Shown here: positions 9,423 through 19,908 of the stretch, piece after piece | Layout of the letters: each line of letters opens with the position of its first letter | Position numbering within the stretch: position 1 is the first letter of the stretch | From: Thermotogota bacterium | GTDB lineage: Bacteria; Hydrothermota; Hydrothermia; LBFQ01 | Direction of reading: 5' to 3' | Length of the DNA stretch: 64,000 bases | NCBI GenBank assembly: GCA_013154295.1 | Contig: JAADCS010000139.1 | Coordinates: 7,107-71,106 of the forward strand | Program-made: the position numbers and the translations under genes | Notes under the pieces: generated by a model | What the model saw: only the letters and a program-made list of their open reading frames with translations | Told to the model about the DNA's origin: nothing | Databases searched by the model: none

Positions 9423-10436
9423 ATCCGAATACTCTCACTTAAAGTCCGTAACTTTCGTAACCTGCAGGGAACCTTTAGATTCAGCGAGGGGTTAAACTTA
9501 GTCCTGGGTCCTAACGGATCGGGAAAAACCAGCCTTTTGGAAGCTATAGCCTATCTATCGGTTCCCAGATCCTTCAGGGGTGTTAGGGATTACGCTTTAG
9601 TCAAATGGGGGGAAAGCTCCTTCTTCCTTGAGGGTAGGATCGTACGTCTTGGCAGCCCCACGACTCTCACCGCCTATGTGGAGATAGACATCAGGGGAAA
9701 CACCGTAAAAAAAGTTTTTAAGAGAGATGGTAAAACCCTTAAGACATACAGGGACGTTTTCAACACCTTCGTCGTCCTATCCTTCAGCTCCAGGGAGCAT
9801 GCCTTTATGGATGGACCTCCGGCCGAGAGACGCAAGTTCTTCGATTGGGCCCTGTCCCTTTTAGATGGGCGGTATTATATGCATTTGATTAAGTATAGGA
9901 AATTCTTAGCCGAGAAAAAAGCCGCTTTACGCTCCGGGGTGGATCCCACACCCATAAACCGGGCCATGCTGCCCCATGTGGAGTATATCGTTTCGAGACG
10001 TAGAGAGTTCGTTGAACGTATAAACTTGGGTGTAAGGTACAGTTTCGTACCTTACACCTTTGCTATGAGGTATAGACCGAGTGTGGAACGTGCGGAGGAC
10101 CTACCTAAACTGGGGAAGAGAGAATTGGAGGTGGGTATTCCTCTCTTCGGTCCCCACAGGGACAGGTACGACATCCTCCTTGAGGGCAAACCGGTCAGGT
10201 TCTTCGCCTCGGAGGGGCAGAAGAGACGAATACATCTGGGTATAGTTCTGTTTGTGCGTGATCTCTTGGAGGAGAAGTTGGAAGATCCTCCGGTCATGGT
10301 TTTAGATGAACCGCTGGTTTATCTGGACCGGGAGGGAAGTGAAGGGGTTTTAAATAGCCTTAAAGGACAGGTCTTTCTCTCCTCAACCCATCGTCCCAAG
10401 GTTGAAGTGCCCTGGAATGAGATAGACCTGACCTAA
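9423..10436 (+). CDS. recF: DNA replication/repair protein RecF; inferred ATC start
   Basis: The frame upstream of the ORF-track start reads IRILSLKVRNFRNL...GPNGSGKTSLLEAI (Walker A); also GPPAERRKFFD, GPHRD, ASEGQKR, LDEP. In-frame TGA at 9417 and strong SD at 9409-9423. Confidence 0.88.
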   Translation: MRILSLKVRNFRNLQGTFRFSEGLNLVLGPNGSGKTSLLEAIAYLSVPRSFRGVRDYALVKWGESSFFLEGRIVRLGSPTTLTAYVEIDIRGNTVKKVFKRDGKTLKTYRDVFNTFVVLSFSSREHAFMDGPPAERRKFFDWALSLLDGRYYMHLIKYRKFLAEKKAALRSGVDPTPINRAMLPHVEYIVSRRREFVERINLGVRYSFVPYTFAMRYRPSVERAEDLPKLGKRELEVGIPLFGPHRDRYDILLEGKPVRFFASEGQKRRIHLGIVLFVRDLLEEKLEDPPVMVLDEPLVYLDREGSEGVLNSLKGQVFLSSTHRPKVEVPWNEIDLT

Positions 10437-12085
10437 GGGCAGGATTTACCCTTGCATACCACTCCTTTGGTTGGGAAGGAGGACCTAAGACTCAAAGTGT
10501 CTACAGCCGGGTTGCTGAAACCCAATCCCTTACCCTTTAGATGGACCTGCAGTCGTCCATCCTTGTCCCAGAATATACCTACCCCCTGGGCGTTGCCACT
10601 ACCTAAACACAGGTTGTTGCACGTATAGGTATCGTTCCCGACACCATCCACCAGGAGGCCATAGGAAAAATCGTGCCCAACGCCTTGGGATGTAGAGCGA
10701 GCCGAAAAGTACGCATCGTCCCCATCCTCGTCAAAGAGAACACCTAAGGCGAAATGGGCAGCGGAGCCTTGAACGTACCAGACTCCCGAATAGGCATCGT
10801 TACCCTGACCGTCGTATAAAACGCCACTTCCCCACCAGTATCCGACCCCTTGAGCGAATACACCTGCGTAATAACGATCGTTGCCGGATAGATCCGTCAG
10901 TATCCCTATACCTCCGGCCAAAGAGTGACCGTCGTAGAAATCTCTCCTCTCACCGTATCCCATCCCTTGGCCTAAGTTGGCGTTATGTTTGGGATCCTGG
11001 GGTGAGGGAAACAAGATAAGAGAATCTTCAAGGGTGTAGGTATCGTCCCCCGAAAGGTCAGCCAATATTCCCACACCTTTTACCCAGCCGAAGCCTTGCG
11101 CCTTCTGATAGGCGTAGTAGGTATCGTTTCCGGATACATCTATCAAGAGACCACCACCGTTGTAGCCAGCCCCCAAAGCGAACACTTTGGTCCTGTAAGT
11201 ATCGTTTCCCGCCAGATCGAACAGCGCTCCGAAACCGGAAAAGCCGGCCCCCATACCCTTACCCTCGTACAGGTCATCTCCCTCTACATCCACAAAAACT
11301 GACACGGAGAACCTACCGAAACCCACGGATCCGGTGTAGGTGTCGTTTCCGGAGAGGTCTACCCCCAAAGCTACGTCCCCGTAGGTATCATCCCCTCCCG
11401 CATCCACCACTATCAGGGCATCGGGAAAGCTGTCATTCTCCGGTCCTCCAAAGGCGATCACACCCCAAGGTGTACTCACTCTCAAACTCTTAAGATCTCC
11501 CCCCTCCTTCCGCAAGGCCGACTTTAAAGAATCAACGAGCAGACACATAACTTGAAATGCATAGGCTTCCCGATTCACATCTTTTAAGGCTATCGCTTCG
11601 TATTCCTTCTTTTCTTTGATGGAGAGACTGTCCCACATGTAAGCGGTGGGGTCTTTTACCTTTTTGGATACCAAGGGGAGATAGAGTTTGAGGAGAGCAG
11701 TGATTATACGGTTTATACGTCGGGGAACGTATTTTGGTATCGCTTGAAGGGTTTCCCTTTGGGTTGGCGTCAAACGTTTGGCGTTATCAAAGATGAACTT
11801 ACCCAGGGGATTTTCACCAGTTATACCCAGGACTTCCTGCCTGTAGATGTCTCCTAAAAGACCGGCTTTTACATTGTAGCCCGCCAGTTTGGTTATGAGG
11901 GCGCAGGCAGGCATCAGCTTAAGTGTATCCCCCTGGAGATACCATCTTTTCCCAATCTTTCTGGCCGTTACCATGGCAAAGTTGGGATTGGAAAAGAACA
12001 TTTCCCCTATTGGAAGGGGAGAGTGGGGACCAGCCCAAAACTTGAGGGCCATTCCCGATATTAAAAAGAGTGTGGAGTCTATCAT
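10433..12085 (-). CDS. Hypothetical protein with about 10 GxGxLxDxxG(D/N)DxY repeats (paralog of 7103-8734)
   Basis: DAGGDDTY, DLSGNDTY, DVEGDDLY, DLAGNDTY etc.; shared AQGVxYWxGxGxLYD block. Confidence 0.75.
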   Translation of the reverse strand: MIDSTLFLISGMALKFWAGPHSPLPIGEMFFSNPNFAMVTARKIGKRWYLQGDTLKLMPACALITKLAGYNVKAGLLGDIYRQEVLGITGENPLGKFIFDNAKRLTPTQRETLQAIPKYVPRRINRIITALLKLYLPLVSKKVKDPTAYMWDSLSIKEKKEYEAIALKDVNREAYAFQVMCLLVDSLKSALRKEGGDLKSLRVSTPWGVIAFGGPENDSFPDALIVVDAGGDDTYGDVALGVDLSGNDTYTGSVGFGRFSVSVFVDVEGDDLYEGKGMGAGFSGFGALFDLAGNDTYRTKVFALGAGYNGGGLLIDVSGNDTYYAYQKAQGFGWVKGVGILADLSGDDTYTLEDSLILFPSPQDPKHNANLGQGMGYGERRDFYDGHSLAGGIGILTDLSGNDRYYAGVFAQGVGYWWGSGVLYDGQGNDAYSGVWYVQGSAAHFALGVLFDEDGDDAYFSARSTSQGVGHDFSYGLLVDGVGNDTYTCNNLCLGSGNAQGVGIFWDKDGRLQVHLKGKGLGFSNPAVDTLSLRSSFPTKGVVCKGKSCP

Positions 12086-12109
12086 AGACGTAAATTTTAC
12101 CCCCGCTTT

Positions 12110-12619
12110 CTAACAGGTACGGCAGCTTCCTTTAGATTTCTCCTTACGACACCCCTTTTCGTCGCATACATACCCCGGAGGTGGCCTAAGAGCCACGTCC
12201 TTGACTTTAAGGACATAGCGAACGGTCTCGCCGGCTAAGGGGTGGTTGAAATCTACCACAACCGTTTTCTCCCTGACCTCCAGGATAGAAAGGGCCACAG
12301 GTTCATCGCTCTGGGGATCACGCATGTATAGGACTTTACCCGGCACGAGATTCAGATCCCCGAACTCCTCTTTGGGAAGCTCTTTAACCAGCTCCTCTCT
12401 GAAGGGGCCGAATCCTTCCTCCGGAGTCAGAACTACCTCTACACTATCTCCCACACGTTTCCCTTCCAGGGCCGTTTCTAACTTCGGGTGGATGTGGCCA
12501 AAGCCGTGCCTATAGACGAAAATACCCCTGTCTATCGGCCCCTCCCCTTCTATGTGGAGTTCGTACTCGACGCTTACGTACCGGGTGGGATATACGACTT
12601 CAGGATTGGTGGGAGGCAT
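12110..12619 (-). CDS. slyD: FKBP-type peptidyl-prolyl isomerase, SlyD-like
   Basis: VSVEYEL, LETALEGKRVGD, PEEGFG, VDFNHPLAGETVRY; Cys-rich tail. Confidence 0.85.
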   Translation of the reverse strand: MPPTNPEVVYPTRYVSVEYELHIEGEGPIDRGIFVYRHGFGHIHPKLETALEGKRVGDSVEVVLTPEEGFGPFREELVKELPKEEFGDLNLVPGKVLYMRDPQSDEPVALSILEVREKTVVVDFNHPLAGETVRYVLKVKDVALRPPPGYVCDEKGCRKEKSKGSCRTC

Positions 12620-14957
12620 GTTCCTGGCCGAAGATCTCCCTAAGGGCGTCCTCAACGGTGTTTATAAACACGAACTGGAGACGATTCTTGATGTGCTTGG
12701 GAACATCCTCCAGATCCTTAGAGTTCCACTCTGGAAGTAACACCTTTCTTATGCCGGCCCTGTCAGCTGCCAACACCTTTTCCTTTATACCTCCGACGGG
12801 AAGGACCTTACCCCTTAGAGTTATCTCCCCGGTCATAGCGACGTCGGGAGGAACCTTCAGATCCAAAGCCAGCGAGTAGAGAGCTACGAACATGGTTATA
12901 CCAGCCGAGGGACCATCCTTAGGTATAGCTCCAGACGGAACGTGTAGGTGTATAAAACCCTTGTCCCAGAAGTCCGGAGTCACCCCCTTCTCGTAGGAAA
13001 ACTTGCGGGCCAGAGTAAGGGCAGCCTCGGCCGATTCCCGCATCACCTCACCCAACTTACCTGTTAGTTTGAAACCCTTGTCTCCTGGAACCCTTAAGGC
13101 CTCCACGAAGAGTATTGATCCACCGGTCGGTGTCCAGGCCAGACCCGTCACCACGCCTACCTTGGCCTCCCTCTCGGCCAACTCCGGATAGTACTCCGGC
13201 GGCCCCAAGAAATCGGGTATCCTCTTGGGAGTTATCCTCATCCGGCCGCACTTGAGTTTGCCCTCCTCTATCTGCAGGGCTATACGGCGAAGTATCCGGT
13301 TTATCTTGCGCATCAGCTCGCGCACACCGGCTTCGCGGGTGTATTCCTCAACTATCCGGGCTATAGCCTCGGTTGTGAAACTGATCTTACACTCCTTCAG
13401 ACCTGTGGCCTCTTTCTCCTTAGGTATCAAGAATTCCTTGGCTATGTGTATCTTCTCCTCAAGTGTATAGCCGGGTATCTCTATTACCTCCATACGGTCC
13501 AAAAGCGGAGGAGGAATGGTCAAGGTAGTGTTCGCCGTAGTTATGAAGAAGACCTTGGACAGGTCAAAGGGTAGGTCAAGGTAGTGGTCCTTGAAGGAGT
13601 GATTCTGCTCCGGGTCAAGGACCTCAAGAAGGGCGGAGGCCGGATCCCCGCGCCAATCCGTCCCCAACTTGTCTATCTCATCCAACATCATGACGGGATT
13701 ATTAACTCCCACATCTCTAAGGGCCGAGATTATCTTGCCCGGCAATGCACCGACGTAGGTGCGCCTGTGTCCCCTTATCTCGGCCTCATCCCTGACCCCT
13801 CCCAGGCTTATGCGTATGAACTTTTTGTTTAGGGCACGGGCTATGGACTTACCCAACGAGGTTTTACCCACACCCGGAGGCCCTACAAAACAGAGGATAG
13901 GAGCCTTGCCCTTGGGGTTGCGCTTACGGATGGCTATGTACTCCAGTATACGTTCCTTGACTCTCTCCAGATCGTAGTGATCCTCATCCAATACCCGGCG
14001 AGCGTTGGCCAGGTCCATATTGTCCTCGCTGCTTTCCAACCAGGGAAGTTCTAAGATCCACTCTATATAGGTACGGATCACGTGGTACTCCGGTGAAGCG
14101 GAGGGAACTCTTTGTAGTCTCTTCAGTTCCCTCTCGGCGACTTTACGTACCTCCTCTGGCAAGGGTTTCTTCCTTAGTCGTTCCTCCAGCTCGGCTATCT
14201 CGGATTGTTCGTCGGCTATGCCCAGCTCTTTCTGAATGGCCTTGAGTTGTTCTCTCAGGTAGTACTCCCTCTGGGCCTTTTCCATCTCCCTTTGGACTTC
14301 CCTCTGGATGCTCTGAGCAACCTCGGCTATCTCTATCTCACGGGTTATATACGTCAGAACTTTCTGTAGGCGTTCCTTCACGTCTATGGTGGCCAAGACT
14401 TCATACCTCTCTTCGGGTTTCATGTTTTGGATTAGGGAAGCGAGAAGGTCGGCTAAAGCTCCGGGCGTAGGGGCGTTCGTTAGGGCGTTTATCACCTCTG
14501 GAGGCAACTTGCCATATTCGGATAAACGGCGAGCAGCGTTTAGAACGCTCTCACGAAGCGGCCGGATTTCCCTTTCGTCGTACTCCGGTTCCTCTATAAC
14601 TTCAACTCTCCCCTTAAGATAGGGCTCACTCTGAAGTATCTCCAGAAGCCTTATCCTTTTAACGCCATTAAGAAGAACCCTTATGTTTCCGTCGGGAAGA
14701 CGATTCATACGCACGATGATGGTAGCGGTACCAATAGGATAAAGATCCTCGTAAGAGATAGCCTCCTTTTCGGGATCCTTCTGCATAAAGGTAGCTATTA
14801 TCTTGGGCTCTACCGGCGTGGCTAAGATGTCGTTTATAAGGCGTTTGGACCTTTCAACGCCGACCAAAACCGGCGCCGTGGAAAGGGGAAAGATAACCCC
14901 TCCCTTTATCGGTAAAATTGCAATTTCTTCAGGTATTTCTACGGAAGGTATCTGCAT
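12600..14957 (-). CDS. lon: ATP-dependent Lon protease
   Basis: LON N-domain, [27 protein letters not shown] (catalytic Ser), PVGGIKEK. Confidence 0.97.
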   Translation of the reverse strand: MQIPSVEIPEEIAILPIKGGVIFPLSTAPVLVGVERSKRLINDILATPVEPKIIATFMQKDPEKEAISYEDLYPIGTATIIVRMNRLPDGNIRVLLNGVKRIRLLEILQSEPYLKGRVEVIEEPEYDEREIRPLRESVLNAARRLSEYGKLPPEVINALTNAPTPGALADLLASLIQNMKPEERYEVLATIDVKERLQKVLTYITREIEIAEVAQSIQREVQREMEKAQREYYLREQLKAIQKELGIADEQSEIAELEERLRKKPLPEEVRKVAERELKRLQRVPSASPEYHVIRTYIEWILELPWLESSEDNMDLANARRVLDEDHYDLERVKERILEYIAIRKRNPKGKAPILCFVGPPGVGKTSLGKSIARALNKKFIRISLGGVRDEAEIRGHRRTYVGALPGKIISALRDVGVNNPVMMLDEIDKLGTDWRGDPASALLEVLDPEQNHSFKDHYLDLPFDLSKVFFITTANTTLTIPPPLLDRMEVIEIPGYTLEEKIHIAKEFLIPKEKEATGLKECKISFTTEAIARIVEEYTREAGVRELMRKINRILRRIALQIEEGKLKCGRMRITPKRIPDFLGPPEYYPELAEREAKVGVVTGLAWTPTGGSILFVEALRVPGDKGFKLTGKLGEVMRESAEAALTLARKFSYEKGVTPDFWDKGFIHLHVPSGAIPKDGPSAGITMFVALYSLALDLKVPPDVAMTGEITLRGKVLPVGGIKEKVLAADRAGIRKVLLPEWNSKDLEDVPKHIKNRLQFVFINTVEDALREIFGQEHASHQS

Positions 14958-14960
14958 AGT

Positions 14961-15347
14961 TCAATCCACTTTTATCTCTATCTTTCGTTTCTTTTTGGGT
15001 ACCCTGACCTCCAAAAGGCCGTTCTCGTATTTACTGGTTATACCCTCAACGTTTATCTCGGCGTCCACCCTTATTCGCCTTTCAAAGGGGCCGAAATATA
15101 TCTCGGCGATGTGATACACCCTATCCTCCGGTCCTTCCGGTTCGGGACGATAACCCTTTATTACCAGCACCCCACTGTCATACACCACTTTGAGAGAGGA
15201 TCTGTCGGCCCCCCCTACGGCCAAGTATATCACGAACTCATCATCCGTCTCGTAGGCGCTTATGGGAGGACGATACACTCGGTACGAACCACCGCTGGTT
15301 AGACTTCCCACCAGCTCCTCAAACTCTTCAAAGGGATCACGGAACAT
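14961..15347 (-). CDS. Hsp20/alpha-crystallin small heat-shock protein
   Basis: YETDDEFVI, EIYFGPFERRI, YENGLLEVRVPK. Confidence 0.9.
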   Translation of the reverse strand: MFRDPFEEFEELVGSLTSGGSYRVYRPPISAYETDDEFVIYLAVGGADRSSLKVVYDSGVLVIKGYRPEPEGPEDRVYHIAEIYFGPFERRIRVDAEINVEGITSKYENGLLEVRVPKKKRKIEIKVD

Positions 15348-15348
15348 G

Positions 15349-15549
15349 TCACTTGAGGCCGAAAGCGATCAGTACCTTCAGAGCGTCCCCCTTCTTCAGA
15401 TAGGCCGGTTTGCGGAGTCTCCTCTTGCGGCTCTTACTCTTCTTGGGACCCAAGTTGTGTCTACGACCACTACGAGCGTGTTTCACCTTGCCCGTCGCGG
15501 TCAGTTTGAACCTTTTAGCAAAAGCGCGCTTGGTTTTAACCTTTCCCAT
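15349..15549 (-). CDS. rpmI: 50S ribosomal protein L35
   Basis: KVKTKRAFAKRFKLTATGKV...RRHNL...RKRRLR; ATG 8 nt after TAGAAT. Confidence 0.93.
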   Translation of the reverse strand: MGKVKTKRAFAKRFKLTATGKVKHARSGRRHNLGPKKSKSRKRRLRKPAYLKKGDALKVLIAFGLK

Positions 15550-15560
15550 AGGCAATTATT

Positions 15561-16712
15561 CTAACGGAGAAACTCCCTTTGTAGGATGAAACAGAACTTT
15601 TGCCAGGCATCCACGGCGGGTAATACTAGATCCAGGGCCGTATTTCTCGCCTGGACCGATAGATGCTGTAGAGTCTCCATGTCCTTCCAAAGCCTCTCAA
15701 CTGCCCTTTTAAGCTCGTGGTAATCCCTAACCACGACACCCCCACGATGAACTAGGCCATAGTCCCCTTCAAGGGAGAGAACGGGAACACCCCTCAGCAT
15801 GGCCTCTAACACGACGTTGGGGATACCTTCAAAACGAGGTTTGCTGGTTATGACTAGTATAGAGGCTCTATCCATAAGATCCATAAGTTCCCTACGGTTC
15901 AACCTTGGAAAGCTTCGGAGGTTATCGGAAGGATCCTCTGGTTGCACTCCTACCATAACGAAAGGTATGTGGGGAAGATCTTTGGCCAATCGCACAAAGA
16001 TTTCGGGTCTCTTGGCAGCTTTGGAACCGGCGGAGATCCACATGACGAACTCACCCTCGTTAAATGATGGGATTGTTGGTACATCCTGAAGGTTTGGCAG
16101 AACGAACACCCGCTTTTGGGGGAATTTAAACTTTACGGCCTTCAACTGTAGGTGGTTCTGTACGAGTATTATGTCAGCCAGCCTCATCCCTAGTGAGGAC
16201 AATAAATCAAGTGCGACAAACAAAGGGGTTAATAGTGTTTTTTCAAATAAATTTCTGTAAGACCCCCATAGATTATACAAGTATTTGAAATTTTTGTACC
16301 CATCTTGCGCATTTATTCCCCAGACGAGCCGACTGCCACGTAGAATCTTGATGAGGGCACCGACCCCCAGATGATAGCTTCTTCCCCTGGCGTAGATCAC
16401 ATTTGGCCGAAGCATGAATGCCCGTATCAAAACTTTTAAGAACCTCGCGACCTCCCATCGGGAGTAGGGGATGAAATGTACCCTAAGACCCCCGTCAAAG
16501 CATTCCGACACCGGGATCAATCTGGAGTTCCAGGGATCCTCTTCTGACTCTAGACGAAACGTTCCCACCTTGTCACCCACAGAGAAGGTTAAGAGGCAGA
16601 CCGGTAAGTATTGGGAACATAGGGAAGCCGAAAAAAAAACTTGGAGGTGGGACCCCGTGAAAGGGGCCCCATCCTCCGGCGGATAGAACTCCGAGAGAAA
16701 TAGGAGTCTCAC
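15561..16712 (-). CDS. Glycosyltransferase family 4 (GT-B)
   Basis: MRLLFLSEFYPP, KRPEIFVRLA, EGIPNVVLEAM. Confidence 0.85.
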   Translation of the reverse strand: MRLLFLSEFYPPEDGAPFTGSHLQVFFSASLCSQYLPVCLLTFSVGDKVGTFRLESEEDPWNSRLIPVSECFDGGLRVHFIPYSRWEVARFLKVLIRAFMLRPNVIYARGRSYHLGVGALIKILRGSRLVWGINAQDGYKNFKYLYNLWGSYRNLFEKTLLTPLFVALDLLSSLGMRLADIILVQNHLQLKAVKFKFPQKRVFVLPNLQDVPTIPSFNEGEFVMWISAGSKAAKRPEIFVRLAKDLPHIPFVMVGVQPEDPSDNLRSFPRLNRRELMDLMDRASILVITSKPRFEGIPNVVLEAMLRGVPVLSLEGDYGLVHRGGVVVRDYHELKRAVERLWKDMETLQHLSVQARNTALDLVLPAVDAWQKFCFILQREFLR

Positions 16713-17386
16713 GCGCGCTTGCGCTTGTGGAGGGCTTTCTTGAATTTCCGGAGTGTGGCCACCGGATCCTTGGCTTCGGTTATTTCACGGCCCACGACCA
16801 CTATATCGTCCTCGGCTAACCAACGGAGTCGCTCTGGAGGAACCACACGGGCATGGTCGTCAACGCCCCTCTTCATACGTACGCCGGGTACTACCAGATT
16901 GAGCATTTTGAAGTACTTGCGGACGGCGCGGGCTTCCAGGCCACTGACCACGACACCCCACGCTCCCGAATCCACCGCTGTGCGACTCAACTGGATGACC
17001 AGTTTGCGGGGAGTCTTGCGGAAGATCTCCCGCGCCTCCTCGTCGGAAAGACTCGTTAGCAACGTGACAGCTACCATGCGTATATCGGGCCGAAGTTCTA
17101 CTACCTTCTCCATCATGCGACGGCCTCCGGTGGCATGCACGGTCAGATAGGAGACCGAAGGGAGATCCTGGACCGTTTGGGCGACAACGGAAGGTATATC
17201 ATGGAGTTTTAGGTCCAAGAAGACCTTAACGCCGTCCTTTATGAGGGCCTCCACGTTTTCATGACCCGACCTAGTGTAAAGAGGCAGACCCACTTTAAAA
17301 AGATCCGCCTCGCCTCTTAGCTTATCCACTATGCGCTTTGCCTCCTTCCAGGAGTTGGTGTTAAGCGCTACGCATATCTTTGCCAT
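16709..17386 (-). CDS. pyrF: Orotidine-5'-phosphate decarboxylase
   Basis: FKVGLPL, FLDLKLHDIPSVV, LTVHATGG, AVTLLTS, VPGVR, VVGREIT. Confidence 0.93.
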   Translation of the reverse strand: MAKICVALNTNSWKEAKRIVDKLRGEADLFKVGLPLYTRSGHENVEALIKDGVKVFLDLKLHDIPSVVAQTVQDLPSVSYLTVHATGGRRMMEKVVELRPDIRMVAVTLLTSLSDEEAREIFRKTPRKLVIQLSRTAVDSGAWGVVVSGLEARAVRKYFKMLNLVVPGVRMKRGVDDHARVVPPERLRWLAEDDIVVVGREITEAKDPVATLRKFKKALHKRKRA

Positions 17387-18233
17387 ATTCGTATAACCTC
17401 CCTTTTGTTGGTTTCAAAGTGGTTAAAACCGTCTTTAGATAACGTTCATCCTTCAAAAGGACACTATCACCTCTAGCCACCGAAACACCCAATATCAAAC
17501 CTCTGTAACCGACAGCGGACACCATTATACCTCCCACATCCGAGAGTATCATGTGCCATATAGTGTCAGGACTTCTCTTTAGGCGTTCAACTTCCTTTTC
17601 GGCCGTCCTATAGTCTATATCCATCGCCTTCCCAAAGAGGGGAGTAGCCACCGCCAGACCTACCATGTGATCGGAAACCACGGACCTGGTCCGTCTTTCG
17701 GGAAAATCCAAAAAGTTTATCCTGCGTACGCCTTTTGATGTTATCTCAAAAGAATAAAGCTCTTTACCGGCTATTATTATAGATGCCCATTTATTTCCAA
17801 CTTGTAGAAACATGGTCTTTCCTTCGAAACCTTTCTCTTTAAGCTCTTTTACCTCATCCGGTGAAAGATCCTTAGATTTACCAACACGTATTCGTATGAG
17901 GTTTTCCGCATCCTGAAGATTTAGACCGTGTATAGACGGCAGGATCTCTTCCATCTCTAAGTTTATGAGCTTACGCATGGCTTCAAGGCGAGGCATATGG
18001 GTCCCAACCAAGCCATCATCGTTGAGCTTCTGAATTATAGCCTTTTTCCACCTGAAGATTCTACGAAGGTTCTCCAAGGATGTCCCCCATGTACTATCGA
18101 AACCCACTATATCCCCATCTTTTAAAGCGATTTTCACAACACCAAAGGCATCCGGCCCCCCCGCCGGCACGAATTGAAACTTCCCACTTTCCCTTCTCTT
18201 AATGGCTATATACAACACTACTGCCGGATGCAT
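17361..18233 (-). CDS. Hypothetical protein
   Basis: 290-aa ORF with its own TATAAT upstream, overlapping the pyrF start; no recognisable motif. Confidence 0.65.
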   Translation of the reverse strand: MHPAVVLYIAIKRRESGKFQFVPAGGPDAFGVVKIALKDGDIVGFDSTWGTSLENLRRIFRWKKAIIQKLNDDGLVGTHMPRLEAMRKLINLEMEEILPSIHGLNLQDAENLIRIRVGKSKDLSPDEVKELKEKGFEGKTMFLQVGNKWASIIIAGKELYSFEITSKGVRRINFLDFPERRTRSVVSDHMVGLAVATPLFGKAMDIDYRTAEKEVERLKRSPDTIWHMILSDVGGIMVSAVGYRGLILGVSVARGDSVLLKDERYLKTVLTTLKPTKGRLYEYGKDMRSA

Positions 18234-18342
18234 TTAAGCCATCTATTATATACCCGATTAACGTTTGTTTAGGTCTCTATAAGAAAGCTTTCTAATATTA
18301 CAACTTGGACCGATACGTGATTGAAAATTTCCCAAAGAACAA

Positions 18343-19434
18343 CTATCTATGCATCTTGAGAATGAGAGGAATAGCTATAAGGAGAAACAGCAAGTTGGGG
18401 ATAGCGGCCGCCACCCACGGATCCAACTTTCCCGTTTCACCCAAGGCCCTTGCAGATTGCAAAGCCCCCCAATAGAAGAAAGCTAAAAACAAGGAAGATC
18501 CAAAGGAGAAAGCTCTGTTCCCCCCACGTGTTCCAGAAAACACCGCCAGTGGCAACCCTATAAGAAGGATTATAAAGTTCATGAGAGGGAAGAGAAACCT
18601 TATGGCCAATTCCGTACGTTCCTCGGCGCTCGGAAGACCGGCCCTATGAAGAAAATCTATCCGATTGAGTAGCTCCGGTGTGGTCATCAGAGAATCTCCC
18701 AGAGGCTTCAAGAACTGTTCAGGAGTCTCCTTCATAAGAGTATCCACATAACTGGCGTGCTTTTTGAAAACCTCCTCATCCCCTTTGAACGTGCGCCTTA
18801 TTACTCCCTCCAAAACCCATTTCCCCTCTTCATATTTACCCGCCACAGCGTCTATCCTCTCTTTTATGTGACGCTCCTTATCAAAAGAGAATATAGAAAT
18901 TCCCTGTGCCCGCCTCTCTTTGGCGTTTATGTATGTAAAGAAATAGAGACGATTCCCTTCACCGAAGAAGGAGAGGTTACGGGCAAAAGTGCGACTCGGG
19001 AGTTTCCTCCTCTTTTCTATCTCTACCGCTTTTATCTCCGCCGCCTTCAAGCGACCCTTGGGGACGAGTTCCCAGTTTAGGAAGATACCTATACCAACGT
19101 TGATCACACCCACGATCAGTATAGGGAGAAACACTCGCCAAATATCTATACCAGAAGCCTTCAGGGCGAGTATCTCAAGCCGGCGATTCATCTCACCAAC
19201 GGAGAAGAAACAGGCTAAAAGCTCGGCTATGGGCATAAGGATACTTAAAAGATAAGGCAACATCCAAGCGTAATAACGGAGTATAGCTTTAGGGGAAGGT
19301 TTGTGATCCGCTATTTTATCGGTCATCTCGAAAAAGTTCACCACCACAAAAATGGCCACGACACCGGCTACTAACACCAAAAAAACCTTTAGATATTCCC
19401 TAAGGACATACCTATCTATTTTGGTCGGTATCAA
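18343..19434 (-). CDS. LPS export ABC permease LptF/LptG family
   Basis: IDRYVLREYL, EILALKASGI, periplasmic beta domain, LGETGKLDPWVAAAIPN. Confidence 0.9.
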   Translation of the reverse strand: MIPTKIDRYVLREYLKVFLVLVAGVVAIFVVVNFFEMTDKIADHKPSPKAILRYYAWMLPYLLSILMPIAELLACFFSVGEMNRRLEILALKASGIDIWRVFLPILIVGVINVGIGIFLNWELVPKGRLKAAEIKAVEIEKRRKLPSRTFARNLSFFGEGNRLYFFTYINAKERRAQGISIFSFDKERHIKERIDAVAGKYEEGKWVLEGVIRRTFKGDEEVFKKHASYVDTLMKETPEQFLKPLGDSLMTTPELLNRIDFLHRAGLPSAEERTELAIRFLFPLMNFIILLIGLPLAVFSGTRGGNRAFSFGSSLFLAFFYWGALQSARALGETGKLDPWVAAAIPNLLFLLIAIPLILKMHR

Positions 19435-19733
19435 CTCCTCCTTCTCTCACGCTTAAGTTTTTCTTTCTCTCGTTTGACCTCTCTAAGGAGTATATCTTTC
19501 AATTCGTCTATAACCGACATGGGATCACGGTTGCGGGCTTCAACGCGGATGGTTTTGCCCTTGAGCTTAGCTATCGCCGTGCCTACGTATTGTCCCCTCT
19601 CCTCTTGCAGATGCACATCCACGTGCATCACCAGATCCGAAAATTTCTCCAAAGACCTAAAGCGTTTGTTCACGTAGTTCTCCAACGTATCGGTATTCGG
19701 GAAGTTCCTAACTTGCAGATTGATCGGTATCAT
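19431..19733 (-). CDS. hpf: Ribosome hibernation promoting factor (short HPF/RaiA)
   Basis: INLQVRNFPNTDTLENYVNKRFRSLEKF...IRVEARNRDPMSVID. Confidence 0.85.
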   Translation of the reverse strand: MIPINLQVRNFPNTDTLENYVNKRFRSLEKFSDLVMHVDVHLQEERGQYVGTAIAKLKGKTIRVEARNRDPMSVIDELKDILLREVKREKEKLKRERRRS

Positions 19734-19868
19734 AAGAGTGATATTCTACGGTAGATGCTAGGAGCTTGCCGAACTGGATTTCCATGGTCAGAATTATGGG
19801 AGACCGTGACCATCCGCTCACCATTAGAACCATCCTTTGGAGGAACGGAAGAGCGGCGGTATATGAAT

Positions 19869-19908
19869 TGGTTTCACTGTGAGGGTATTCAACCTCCAAG
19901 TGAAACCA
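19869..19908 (-). repeat. 40-bp 16-8-16 palindromic element, copy A
   Basis: Minus strand TGGTTTCACTTGGAGG-TTGAATAC-CCTCACAGTGAAACCA; matches the copies at 33743 and 60909. Confidence 0.9.

Noticed and set aside
9409..9423. 16S rRNA 3'-end fragment
   Set aside because: Only 15 nt with no adjoining rRNA sequence; it is positioned as the SD of recF.
19869..19908. Canonical parS site
   Set aside because: The half-sites are 22 bp apart; I saw no contiguous TGTTTCACGTGAAACA.
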